NCBI RefSeq assembly: GCF_001194135.2
Contig: NC_068996.1
Span: forward strand, 38,712,764 to 38,762,363
DNA from: Octopus bimaculoides
Lineage: Eukaryota
Direction: 5' to 3'
DNA length: 49,600 nucleotides
Below the pieces are notes generated by a model. It was not told the origin of the DNA. It ran no database searches and worked only from the letters and a program-made list of their open reading frames with translations. Made by a program: the position numbers and the translations under genes. Below, one piece after another: positions 1-11,508 of this stretch (position 1 is its first letter; each line of letters starts with the position of its first letter).

Positions 1-51
1 ATATATATATATATATATATACCTGTGTGTGTCAATATATATGGGTATCTA

Positions 52-106
<55 letters not shown>

Positions 107-610
107 ATGTGTACGTATATATGTGTATCTATGTGTATGTATATATATATCAGGTCATCTCATAAATTCTGTCTCAATTTTGAATAATGAAAACAAATGA
201 TCAAATGTTATATTTAATTGAAATTTAATCATCAATGTACTTTCCCTGATTATCTAGGACTTCCTTCCATCTATTTACAAGCTTTTTAATCCCATCAGTG
301 TAAAACTCTTGATTTAATGTCAAAGGCAATTTAGAGGAGGAGGAGAAAGAAAGAAATTAACAGCAAATTAAGATTCGGTAAATATAGTGAGATAGATGAA
401 AGGGAATAAATCTTAAAGGCATGGAAATTGATATATGTAGTGGAAATGAAATGAAAGAAGACAGTTAAAGGTCGAATTTTATAGAAGGTATGTTTTTGCC
501 AATGTTTGCAGCGATAAACGCATTCTTTAAACGTGTTTAAAAGTGAATTCTCCAAGAACAGATTGAGATATTGTACTTCGTTACAGTGCGGACAAAAGGA
601 TTTACCTCTA

Positions 611-905
611 TCATCATCATCATCATTTAACGTCCACTTTCCATGCTAGCATGGGTTGGACGATTTGACTGAGGACTGGTGAAACCGGATGGCTACACCA
701 GGCTCCAATCTGATTTGGCAGAGTTTCTACAGCTGGATGCCCTTCCTTACGCCAACCACTCAGAGAGTGTAGTGGGTGCTTTTACGTGTCACCCGCACGA
801 AGGCCAGTCAGGCGGTACTGGCAACGGCCACGCTCAAAATGGTGTATTTTATGTGCCACCCGCACAAGAGCCAGTCCAAGGGCACTGACAACAATCTCGC
901 TCGAG
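611..905 (-). mobile_element. SINE-like repeat with (ATG)n tail (most abundant family in the window)
   Basis: (CAT)n TTTAACGTCC.CTTTCCATGC...CTACAGCTGGATGCCCTTCCT block recurs more than 12 times. Confidence 0.85.
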
Positions 906-1234
906 GAATATTCTATCTAGATCCTTTCCAACATGTATTTCTAATCGGTATGTCTTTACTACCTCTGAAGAGATTTATCTCATAATGATTTTAATTTTAT
1001 AAATTAATTATGTAAAGGTTTCTGAATCAAAACATCTGTCAGAGAAGTCCTATTTCATAATTAATAATTTTATTAATTACTTCTCCATTTTCTCCTTATT
1101 CTTTAAATATATAAATATATGAACCATGGTTTATATGGTTATCTTATAGTTGAACTTTCTATAGATTGGTAACTAACCAGTATTTTCATTAGATTTATGA
1201 TCCCTTAATGAGGTTAACTATCTTTACTTTATTC

Positions 1235-1282
<48 letters not shown>

Positions 1283-1559
1283 TATATATAAATAAAAAAA
1301 AGTAACGCGGATTTTAAAGGTTATTGCAGTATGCATGTTTCATGCTACTCCATTTATTTAAGTAAAGCAAGCATTACATTAAATGTAAAATGCAGAGCAA
1401 TCTTCTGCTGCACAAGGATATAGAAAATTTACTGAAAATTTCAGCAGAATGGACATATTACTGTTGTGACAACATTTAAAATCTAAATGGGAAAGAACAG
1501 TACATAAAAAAACCATCTTGACATAGCCAAGGCTAGCAGGCTAGTCTGCATGTTTTTAC

Positions 1560-2940
1560 ATCTTTCCAGGGAATAGAGGCTAAGCTCTTTTAGGCTCTCC
1601 TTGTAGTCCTTCTGTTGCACTAAGGCAATCTTCTTGGTATAGTGGCAATAGATGAGCTTGAGTTCTGTTAATATGATGCTTTGTGATCATAACTAGGAGG
1701 AGTAATCTAGGCAACTGGGCACAAATGTTCTCCATACAGGCAATCCGGTTTCCTGTTTTCATGTGCTGAATGATCTCAGAATCCAGCCAGTCATGCACAT
1801 TACTGTCATCTTAGTAATACGCGCACAGACTTATGCATCACCACTCATTTGGATTTTCAGGTCATGCACCAACTCTGTCTCTGAAAGTGCAATACTCCAG
1901 CTTCTATATATTCTGATTGCAGTCTACTTGTGGCCAGGTAGCTGAGAGATTGAGACTTGTCAACATTGAACTCCATATTGCTTTCTTCGGCTCACTTATA
2001 TATTGTGTTCAAATCTTTCTGTAGATTTGATGTATCTTCAGGGTCCTTGATTATTTGTGATACTTTTTTCTATCATAGCTGGTGAGAGTGCCTGATTTTT
2101 ATGACTGAGGGGAAGGTTTGACAGAGCCACTACAAACAGCAGTGATCCAAGTACAGAGAACTGTACTTGGATCACATCAATACTAAGCAGGGTTTCCTGC
2201 TTAGTATTGATGTTTCTTCAGAGAGAGCATCATTGGATGCTACAGCTTGTCTCCTATCTTTTCCTATTGGAAAATCATGCAACCATTCCCCTATTTTACC
2301 AATGATATCAAGGTCATGCAGTTTGTGACATATCGTGGGATTGACTTAGTTGAAGCCCTTGGCAAAGTTAAGATATATCACATCCACATTTGAACATCTC
2401 GATTGTTCTTTCAGTACCCAGTTATAGTGTTATAGTAGCTGTGCAAGGCAGCTCTTTCCTGGGCAGAAGCTATGCTGTATGTCAATGGGTTTGCCATTGT
2501 CTTCTAGGAATGTGATCAGCTTCCTTCTCCAAATGTATTCCATGGCTTTGCTCACATGTGAGGTCTGAGAGGTAGGCCTGTAATTTTTAGCATCTGCTGT
2601 GCTCCCTCCTTTATGGATAGGACACAGTTATACCTTTTTTTAGTATTTGGGGAAGTTTGCTTCTTATGAGGAAACTGGAAAATTATCTGCAGTGGTTTTG
2701 CGAGCGCTTTCTTGCATGTCTTAAAAAAAAACAGCTGGAAAACCATCAGAGACTTTGAATTCAGTTCATCAGTGACTGATATTACATCTTTTTCTTTTAT
2801 GCCAATGTTATCAGTAGTTGTCTCTTTCCTGTGTAGATCAGTAGTGTTGAACTCATCAGGTTTGCTTATTTGCATATTTCCCAGTGGAGGGGTGAAAACA
2901 TTTTGGAATTGCTTATTGATTGTTTCACTTATCTGCACAC
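1560..2940 (-). mobile_element. Decayed CR1/L2-type LINE reverse transcriptase
   Basis: - strand peptides LAKPLQIIFQ, VDVIYLNFAKGFN, SVLGSLLFV; stops and frameshifts. Confidence 0.75.
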
Positions 2941-2980
2941 AGTCTGAACTTAATGAACTGTTTTATTCAAATAGTGGCCC

Positions 2981-3011
<31 letters not shown>

Positions 3012-3199
3012 CAGACGCTTTTTCTGTTTTTTCTTGCTTGTTCATGTTTGAATCGACTATGCATATATGTAGATATATGCATATGTGTGTATATATATGC
3101 TTATATGTAGATATATATGCATATGTGTGTGTGTCTATATATGTGTGTATATATATATGTAGATGTATATGGTGTGTATGTATAAATGTGTGTGCATAT

Positions 3200-4850
3200 A
3201 TGGTGATTACCACGTTTTGAATATTTATTTTTAAACTTTGCTTGAGCATCCACATGAATTCAGCTTCTGATTTGCATGCCTTCTTGCAAATATGGCAACT
3301 CTGTGATTGGCTTTTGACTAGTTCTGCAAGTGCATTTTCCTGCATTCTTATGGCCTCTTCAGGACCCCAATAGATGTACAAACCTTGTTACAAATTGGAT
3401 GTGTTTAGTTTTGACCTTGAAGGGATTATGTTCCTGTATGAACTTTGATTTTGTCTCCTGCCATATGACCATTTCTGACTCACTAATCCAGCTATTAAGA
3501 ATTGGTGACTATTGGGAGCACACATCAATCCTTCTTCAAAATTGCTAGGAAGTTGTTCCTGGTTTCAAATAGAATATTGAATTCTGTTCTGTTCAAATGT
3601 TTCACAACCTTCCTTGATTGTCCCACACCACTCTTATTGGTTCAATGCAAGCATTTCCCATGCTCAAATGTTTGAGGTTTGCCTTTATCACGTCTTTATA
3701 TTTCTACCAGGATTTGTTATAGGCTTTTATTTAGTGTTAGTTCACCATAAAGTGGACCCTTGTGTTATCCATACTAACTAAATGACCCATCCAGTGCATT
3801 TGATTCACAACAATGATTTTTCTTCAATGCTGGGCATATTAGTATTTTCAAGAATAAAAGTGTCTGGAGGTTTCCTGTACCGTTTTATCCTTAGTATGTG
3901 CCTTAAACAATTTTGTTGGAATCTTTCAAGTGATGCCATGTGATGACGATAGGTGGTCCATGTTTCTGAATCATAAAAGAAGACAGGTTAAAAATATTCC
4001 TGTAGATAGAATGCTTTGTATTAAGAGTGATTCTTTTGTCCTTCCACACTCATTTTCTAAGAGTACCAAAAGCAGCAGTTGTTTTCACAATCCTCTAATG
4101 AATTTCAGCATGTAAAAATTCAGTGTATGATATAATGGACCCAAGATATACAAAACTCTCTCCGACTTCCACCTGTGTCCCATTTACTCTGATGCTATAC
4201 TTGGCATTAGCTTCTCCAAATGCTGGCATGAATATCACTTTAGTTTTGTTAAGACTATTAGTGAGTCCAAACAAAGTGCTAGCTCTAGAAACATTGTATT
4301 CTAACAATTGCATATCTTGTTCTGAATGAGCCAGGAAGTTGACACTGCCAGCATATAGCAGTTAATGCAAAATCTTGTCAAAGTCCATAGATTTGAGTTT
4401 CAACTGACTCAGATCAAATAGTTTATCAGATGTTTGGAACCTTAGATAGACACCAGTGGTACATAAACAATAGCAACCGTGAAATAGATAGGGGAAAATA
4501 GCAGGAACAAGTACATCTTCTTGGTCCAAATCATTATCAATTGAAACAGGGTCTGATAGGATAACATTAGCATGAGCCTTCATATAAAGATGAAGTTCAC
4601 GAATCTTGAAGACAAACTCTGATGGGCATACTAGGTTTTCTAAAATTATCCACAAATCCTGATTTGTGGATTAAGATTAATCCTGTTCACCATATCAAAG
4701 GATAATCTAAGATTAACCCTGTTCACCATATCAAAGGTGATGTCAAAGAAAACCTGAAAATAGCCAGTGAGTGCTTGCTGCATTTTTCTTGTATTTGACA
4801 GGCTGAAAAGATCACATCTTTTGTGCCTCAACCTTCTCCAAAACCAAATT
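3200..4850 (-). mobile_element. Decayed RTE-type LINE RT
   Basis: QVEVGESFVYLGSIIS, DLDQEDVLVPAIF, LLYAGSV (LLYADD-like), FDMVNR. Confidence 0.7.
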
Positions 4851-4875
4851 GGCTCTTAGGTATATATATATATAT

Positions 4876-5016
4876 ATCATCATCATCATCATCATCATTG
4901 TTTAACGTCCGCTTTCCATGCCAGCATGGATTGGATGATTTGACTGAGGACTGGTGAAACCGGATGGCAACACCAGGCTCCAATCTAATTTGGCAGAGTT
5001 TCTACAGCTGGATGCC

Positions 5017-5018
<2 letters not shown>
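4876..5018 (-). mobile_element. SINE-like repeat, truncated
   Basis: Matches the 611-905 block; ends in (TA)n. Confidence 0.8.
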
Positions 5019-5094
<76 letters not shown>

Positions 5095-5118
5095 CATAAA
5101 TATATATATATCTATAAT

Positions 5119-5582
5119 AAAACAGGAAATCGGAAATTTTTGGGTATTATTTATTCACCATTACACATGTTTCATTTGGTAATAGGAATTACAATGTTTT
5201 ACTTGTTAGATGGATATTTAAGGAATTGCTTATTAGAAATCCTTCACACAAAGACATGAAATAATACAAATTTTATGCTTGGATGAAATGTTTATACTTA
5301 GATAGTAATCAGGAGCAGCACAGACCTGGTGAAGGAAGAAAAGAGACACATTGAGACGCATTCCCTCTGCTTCCTTTACCAAAGTTGTCTGTGCTACTCC
5401 TGATTATCATCTAAATATAAATGCTTCATCCAAGCATTAAATTTGTATTTCATGTCTTTGTGTGAATGATTTCTAATTGGAAATATCTATCTAATATATA
5501 AAGCTTTGTAATTTCTATTATCAAGTAAAACATGTGTAATAGTGAATAAATAATACCAAAAAACTTTCCAATTTCCTGTTTT
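5119..5582. repeat. Fold-back element (~210-bp diverged inverted arms)
   Basis: AAAACAGGAAAT...ATTTCCTGTTTT arms align throughout. Confidence 0.8.
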
Positions 5583-5639
5583 GTTTCAGAATAACTTTGC
5601 AAATAACATTTGACATTATATCCTTGAATATTTTGTAAG

Positions 5640-6180
5640 CCACGATGAGTGTCATCAATTTGAGCGAGAAACAAAGAGACAATCCATGCAGTAGAAACAC
5701 CCCTCTCACCTGCTTCAAAGATTGTTTCGTCTGCAAGGAAGATGATGCCACAATTTTTTGGGATGCAAAAGGCACTTTGTTTATTGACTTTCTTCAAAAG
5801 GACCACACCATCAATGGTGAGTACAATGCCAAATTGCTGAGGCAGTTATGAAAGGCTATCAAGACCAAGCACCCAAGAAAACTGGTCTTGTTTCATCAGG
5901 ACAATACTCTAGTATACCAGTCCCTGGTTTCAATGGCAGCTGTGTGTGACAGTGGCTTTGAACCAGTTGATCATCCACTCTATTTTTCTCACTTGGCCCC
6001 GTCTATCATCTGTTCTCCAACATGAAAAAAGACACTTGGCTGGGAACCAGTATTGCAGTGATGATGATGATGTCATATCTGCTGTTGATGACATTTTTGA
6101 GCTATGGGATGAAAACTTCTTCACCAATGGGATCCAAGCATTGCAACACCAATGGAATAAGTATGTGGACCACATATGGT
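5640..6180 (+). mobile_element. Mariner (DD34D-type) transposase fragment, pseudogenised
   Basis: ETKRQSMQ.KHP, ATIFWDAKGTLFIDFLQKDHTINGEY, LFHQDN, VDHPLYFSHLAPS. Confidence 0.85.
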
Positions 6181-6812
6181 CAGCCTCTGAACTTTTCAGC
6201 CAACAATCATATATATATATATGATGGTTGCCTGCTCACTTCAAAGGTTGATCACCTCAACATGTATATATATATACACACATACATAAATATGTATGTT
6301 TATATATTAATATATACAGGCCAGGTGTCAAAAGCATAGTGATATCTGTTTGACAGTTGATGCAAATGTATATTTGATATGCTTGTTTGTGAATTTTTTT
6401 GTCTTAGGGTTTCATTGTTCTAAGTTGACCTTCATTGTCATAAAGTTAAATATGCTTGTGGATTCATGGTATATCGTGATTGTTTATATTGATATTAGCT
6501 GATTTACTCATTTACTTAGATACTCTTATTAGGCTTGGCTAACACTCAGATAATGCTTTCTAGTTTGGGTAGCTTCTGTGGTGTGTGTGTGTCTCTGCCT
6601 GTCTATGTAAAGAAAGATTTTCTGTAAAGGAAAGTATTTAAAAATTATTTTTTTGGAGCAGAATGACAAACTTCTTGGAGACACCTTCTGTACTAATCAG
6701 TATAGAGGAAGATATTTTCTAGTAATGATTTATTTATGTATGTATATACACATGTATTTTAGTAAGGGCATATGTTCCTATATATTTATATATGTATCTA
6801 TATATGTACATG

Positions 6813-7031
6813 TATGAGGGGTGCTGAAATGTTCCTGGCTTTGGGTAAAAGAAATAAAGGAGATCAGTTAATTATGATTTTATTCAACGTGTTCCCCTCT
6901 CAGACTCACACACTTATTGCAGCAGTATTTCCATTTTTCTAAGTCCTGTAAAAGAACTCAGAAGGTTGGTTTTCCAACCAGGCCTTTCGCAATACCTTTC
7001 AAGCTGGGAACTTTTCAGCTCCCTGCTCATA
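6813..7031 (+). mobile_element. Mariner-type MITE
   Basis: TIR GAGGGGTGCTGAAATGTTCCTGGCTT / AAGCTGGGAACTTTTCAGCTCCCT, TA flanks; inverted copy at 29061-29263. Confidence 0.75.
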
Positions 7032-8799
7032 TATATAATTATCACCATCATCATTTAATGTCTGTGTTCCATGCTGGTATGGATTATACAAAATCTGATG
7101 GGTCCAAGGGCTGCATCATGTTCCAGAGTCTGACATTGTTTTTATGGTGGGATGCCCTTCCTGATGCCAACCACTTTATAGTGTGTGCCAGGTGCTTTTG
7201 TTTATGCTACCAACACTACACTATTAAGGTTGCCATGCATCTGCAGGACTATGAACCCTCTAAGAAGCAGAGTTCAGCTTCATGCAGAGACAAAGGGATA
7301 AAGTATGGAAGAAGTGGTTAGTTTGGAGGAAGTTCTTGTTGAGGGCCTGCACGGCTACTTAGATGTAGGAGGAGACGGAGAGAAAAAAGAGAGGGGAATA
7401 TGTTAGTAAGAGCTTCAATGACATCGACAGTTGAGTCTAGTTGGCCCTTCATGGCACAAGGTGAGTATGAATGGGTGAGTAGGTGATTTGCAAGGGGAGA
7501 TGATGAGAGGGTGGAAGAAGCAGACTGCAACTGTAAAATTTGGGTAGGGTTGAACGTGGATGATTGATGAGCAATGAGTTGGGAAAGATACAGCTATGAA
7601 GGAGAATGGGATGGGGGAAGAGTGGCATAAAAGAAATGGTAATGTTAGGGTGTATATGGACACACATACATATATATATATAATATAAGATGTGTGTATT
7701 TCTGTGTTTGTATGTATGTATATGTTTGGATATATATATGTTTGTATATATATATATATGTGTGTGTGTATATGTTTGTATATATGTATGTATATGTATA
7801 TATACATTTATGTTTATGTATATATATATATATATATCCATATATGTGTGTATATGAATATATATCCATATATGTGTGTATATGAATATATATCTGTGTG
7901 TGAATATGTATATATATATGTGTATATATTTGTGTGTGTATATATACATATATATATATATCTGTGTGTGAATATGTATATATATATGTGTATATATACA
8001 TATATATATTTATGTGTGTGTATATATATATATATTTGTGTGTGTGTGTGTGTATGTATATATATATACGTGTGTATATGTGTATATATATGGTTGGCGT
8101 TAGGAAGGGCATCCAGCTGTAGAAACTCTGCCAAATCAGACTGGAGCCTGGTGTTNNNNNNNNNNNNNNNNNNNNNNNNNNNNNNNNNNNNNNNNNNNNN
8201 NNNNNNNNNNNNNNNNNNNNNNNNNNNNNNNNNNNNNNNNNNNNNNNNNNNNNNNNNNNNNNNNNNNNNNNNNNNNNNNNNNNNNNNNNNNNNNNNNNNN
8301 NNNNNNNNNNNNNNNNNNNNNNNNNNNNNNNNNNNNNNNNNNNNNNNNNNNNNNNNNNNNNNNNNNNNNNNNNNNNNNNNNNNNNNNNNNNNNNNNNNNN
8401 NNNNNNNNNNNNNNNNNNNNNNNNNNNNNNNNNNNNNNNNNNNNNNNNNNNNNNNNNNNNNNNNNNNNNNNNNNNNNNNNNNNNNNNNNNNNNNNNNNNN
8501 NNNNNNNNNNNNNNNNNNNNNNNNNNNNNNNNNNNNNNNNNNNNNNNNNNNNNNNNNNNNNNNNNNNNNNNNNNNNNNNNNNNNNNNNNNNNNNNNNNNN
8601 NNNNNNNNNNNNNNNNNNNNNNNNNNNNNNNNNNNNNNNNNNNNNNNNNNNNNNNNNNNNNNNNNNNNNNNNNNNNNNNNNNNNNNNNNNNNNNNNNNNN
8701 NNNNNNNNNNNNNNNNNNNNNNNNNNNNNNNNNNNNNNNNNNNNNNNNNNNNNNNNNNNNNNNNNNNNNNNNNNNNNNNNNNNNNNNNNNNNNNNNNNN

Positions 8800-9102
8800 G
8801 TGTTTATTGAGCGAAAACACCTAAAGCTCCACAAGGCTCCGGCAGGGGATGGTGGTGAACCCTGCTGTACTCTTCCACCACAACTTTCTCTCACTCTTAT
8901 TTCCTGTTTCTGTTGTGCCTGTAATTCAAAGGGTCAGCCTTGTCACACTGTGTCACGCTGAATATCCCCGCGAACTACGTTAAGGGTACATGTGTCTGTG
9001 GAGTGCTCAACCACTTGCATGTTAATTTCACGAGCAGGCTGTTCCGTTGATCGGATCAACTGGAACCCTCGACGTCATAAGCAATGGAGTGCCAACAACA
9101 AC
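8800..9102 (+). mobile_element. Young SINE-like repeat 3' part ending in (CAA)n
   Basis: CpG-rich, non-coding, simple-repeat tail; 5' end lost in gap. Confidence 0.45.
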
Positions 9103-9378
9103 ATATACACACAAATTAGTATGTTTGTGTGTATATAAGTATATACACCTACACGCACACACACACATATATATATATATACTTTGTTTTACTTAGAGAC
9201 AATGCATGTTACCAGAATGACTCAAGATGAATAGAAACCACTCCAAAACCCTTGTTATAGTATCTGTGTGAACAGGGTTAGGACTGCCTACCTTATTTGT
9301 TCATATTTTCATATGTCTTAAAGGAGGAAGCTCTTTGCATAAGAGATGATGCTCCCTATTTTGTCTATTGTGTAATTA

Positions 9379-9495
9379 TCTGAAATGTATGTAGCAAATG
9401 CATTAAAAATCTTATTACTTGGTTTGACTACATTTCATATATGTAGTCAAACCAAGTAATAAGATTTTTAATGCATTTGCTACATACATTTCAGA
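9379..9495. repeat. Perfect 55-bp inverted repeat with 7-nt loop
   Basis: 9379-9433 is the exact reverse complement of 9441-9495. Confidence 0.95.
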
Positions 9496-9509
9496 ATATA
9501 TATATAAAT

Positions 9510-9680
9510 AAAGCATCCAGTCCACTCTCCTGGGTGGGGTTGGTGTTACAAAGGGCATCCAAATGTGAAATCTATGCCAAAACAGACACTGGATCCTGGT
9601 GCAGTCTTCTGCGTAGCCAGCTCTTATGAAACCATCCAACCCATGCCAGCAAGCATGGAAAGTGGGCGTTAAATGATGAT
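9510..9680 (+). mobile_element. SINE-like repeat (same family as 611-905, opposite orientation)
   Basis: ...GGGCATCC...CCATGCCAGC...GGCGTTAAATGATGAT. Confidence 0.75.
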
Positions 9681-9789
9681 ATATATNNNNNNNNNNNNNN
9701 NNNNNNNNNNNNNNNNNNNNATATATATATGCAATGGTGCCTTTACTTTTTAAAGATATCACTTGTCTGTTCTCTAAATCAGGAAAGAT

Positions 9790-10900
9790 CACAAATCACT
9801 GGATCTCTGATTTAACACTACTTCACTGTGCTGTTAAAACTGTTATGGACAATGCAGTAATTAATAGTATTGAATAAAGATCTGTTGTCATCTCCTTTGA
9901 ACATTGCATTCTCAATTTGTGAGGTAGCAAAAGTAATAAGTAAATTAAATCTTGGTAAGCGTCCTGATAGAGATGGAATTTGCTTGGAGGTCTTTTGTGA
10001 TTGTATCACACATGTTCTTTATGAACTTATTTGTGTAGTTTGGAGAGATAGTGCTGTTCCCAAGAACTGGATACATGCAGTTATATTACCTCTTTTTAAA
10101 AGAAAATGTATAAAAATCAAAATCTGATAACTGTCAGTTGCTGGCAAGGTTCTGGTAAGTATTCTTAACTACCTGAATAATTCCTTGTAATTGATGTTTA
10201 TCCCAAACCTGAGTGAGGTTTTTATTCTGGCAGAGAAACAATGAATATGATTTCCATAGCAGGTCATGCAGAAGTGTTATTGTCTAGGTCCTCATTGAGC
10301 TAATGAGAGTCTTTGATATTGTGAATCGGGCGTTCCTGTGGAAAATACTTTGATTGCCTAGATCATTGTGTATAAACAATTAAACCATTTCATAAAGAAA
10401 CAGATGTCTGGATCAATGCTAGAGGGAATGTAGTGGGACTCATTCTTGTAGAAATTGGTGTCAAACATGGTGACATTCTTGCCCTAACTCTGCTTTCTTT
10501 GTATATTGCTGTTGTTCTTGCTATACTTTTGATATTGCTTGCTATCTTGGAAGAAACAGTTAGTAACTCAGAAAAGCATTTTGCTGCTAATGCAGTTTTT
10601 CAGTTCTATGTGATCTCCTTTATACAGATGACTGACTTGGTTGCACACATTGATGAAGATATTCAAATTCTCATGACATAATGTAAGAGTGCATTTATCC
10701 GATACGTATAAGACATTCTGAATTCCAGTTGCTTCTTGTAGACTCTAAACAAAGAGATTCTCAAGAGAGCTTAGTTTTGAGCATCGAGGCTATGGTACAC
10801 AAGTATCATTGTTTGTTTTGAACTGATCACATTGCATGAATGCTTGGTAAGAAGATTCCAAACAAAATTCTGTATGGTGAGCATATATGTGGAAAGCACC
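9790..10900 (+). mobile_element. Decayed RTE-type LINE RT
   Basis: EVAKVISKLNLGKRPDRDGI, VPKNWIHAVILPLFKRK, GVKHGDILAL, IPNKILYGE. Confidence 0.75.
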
Positions 10901-10928
10901 CTCTGAACAAACCAAGCCTTTGCCATAA

Positions 10929-11148
10929 CCCTTTAGCATTCACATGATTCTGTCACAATTAATGCTTATTTATTCACATTGTTTTTAATAAATCATGTAT
11001 TATCCTGTAGCTATGAGATTTTGATGGGATAACTGTAAATTTTTAGCCTGATATTGTAAGGTTGATGTGAGACATCAGTATTTGGTCAATATGGACATAA
11101 AACAAGTAGAATATTTTAGTAGATATGGCTGCTTTAAATGTTAAAGGA
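10929..11148 (-). mobile_element. piggyBac-type MITE
   Basis: CCCTTTAGCATT...AATGTTAAAGGA-TTAA; inverted relative of 24545-24764. Confidence 0.65.
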
Positions 11149-11274
11149 TTAAGAACTGTGTAAAATTTTCCTTGAAAGCATTTAAAATAAGTGCTGTCAA
11201 CTGGGAAAGAAATACTTTTTGATTGCTACCAATGGAGAAAATGAATAAAACATAGTGTAGATATATTTGAAAAG

Positions 11275-11508
11275 CAAAATGCTTTTCTGAGGTGCTAACT
11301 GTTTCTTCCAAAACAGCAAGCATTATCGAAAGCACAGCAAGAACAACAACAATATACAAAGAAAGCAGATTTAGGACAAGAACGTTACTATATTTGACAC
11401 CAGTTTCTACAAGAATGGGTCCCACTACATTTCCGCTAGCATTAATCCAGACATCCGTTTCTTTATGAAATGATTTAATTATTTATAGAAAGTGATCTAG
11501 GTAGTCAA
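11275..11508 (-). mobile_element. Inverted copy of RTE segment 10350-10583
   Basis: Reverse complement aligns; peptides GPILVETGVK vs GLILVEIGVK. Confidence 0.75.

Noticed and set aside
331-620. Minus-strand ORF extending to FCPHCNEVQYLNLFLE...CKHW
   Set aside because: Resembles a LINE ORF2 C-terminal Cys motif remnant; no splice or homology support for a host exon.
665-695. CTGAGGA-CTGGT-GAAAC-CG-GAT in the abundant SINE resembles a hammerhead
   Set aside because: Only 5 nt for stem II, no UH after stem III, and the copy at 44778 lacks GAAAC.
4660-4745. ~37-bp tandem duplication at the FDMVNR motif
   Set aside because: Ordinary slippage duplication in a dead RTE copy.
7415-8894. Long ORF-track entries rich in Y/I/H/T/C/V/X (also near 16251-17083, 39760-40816, 42283-44205)
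   Set aside because: Translations of (TA)n/(CA)n microsatellites and N gaps, not genes.
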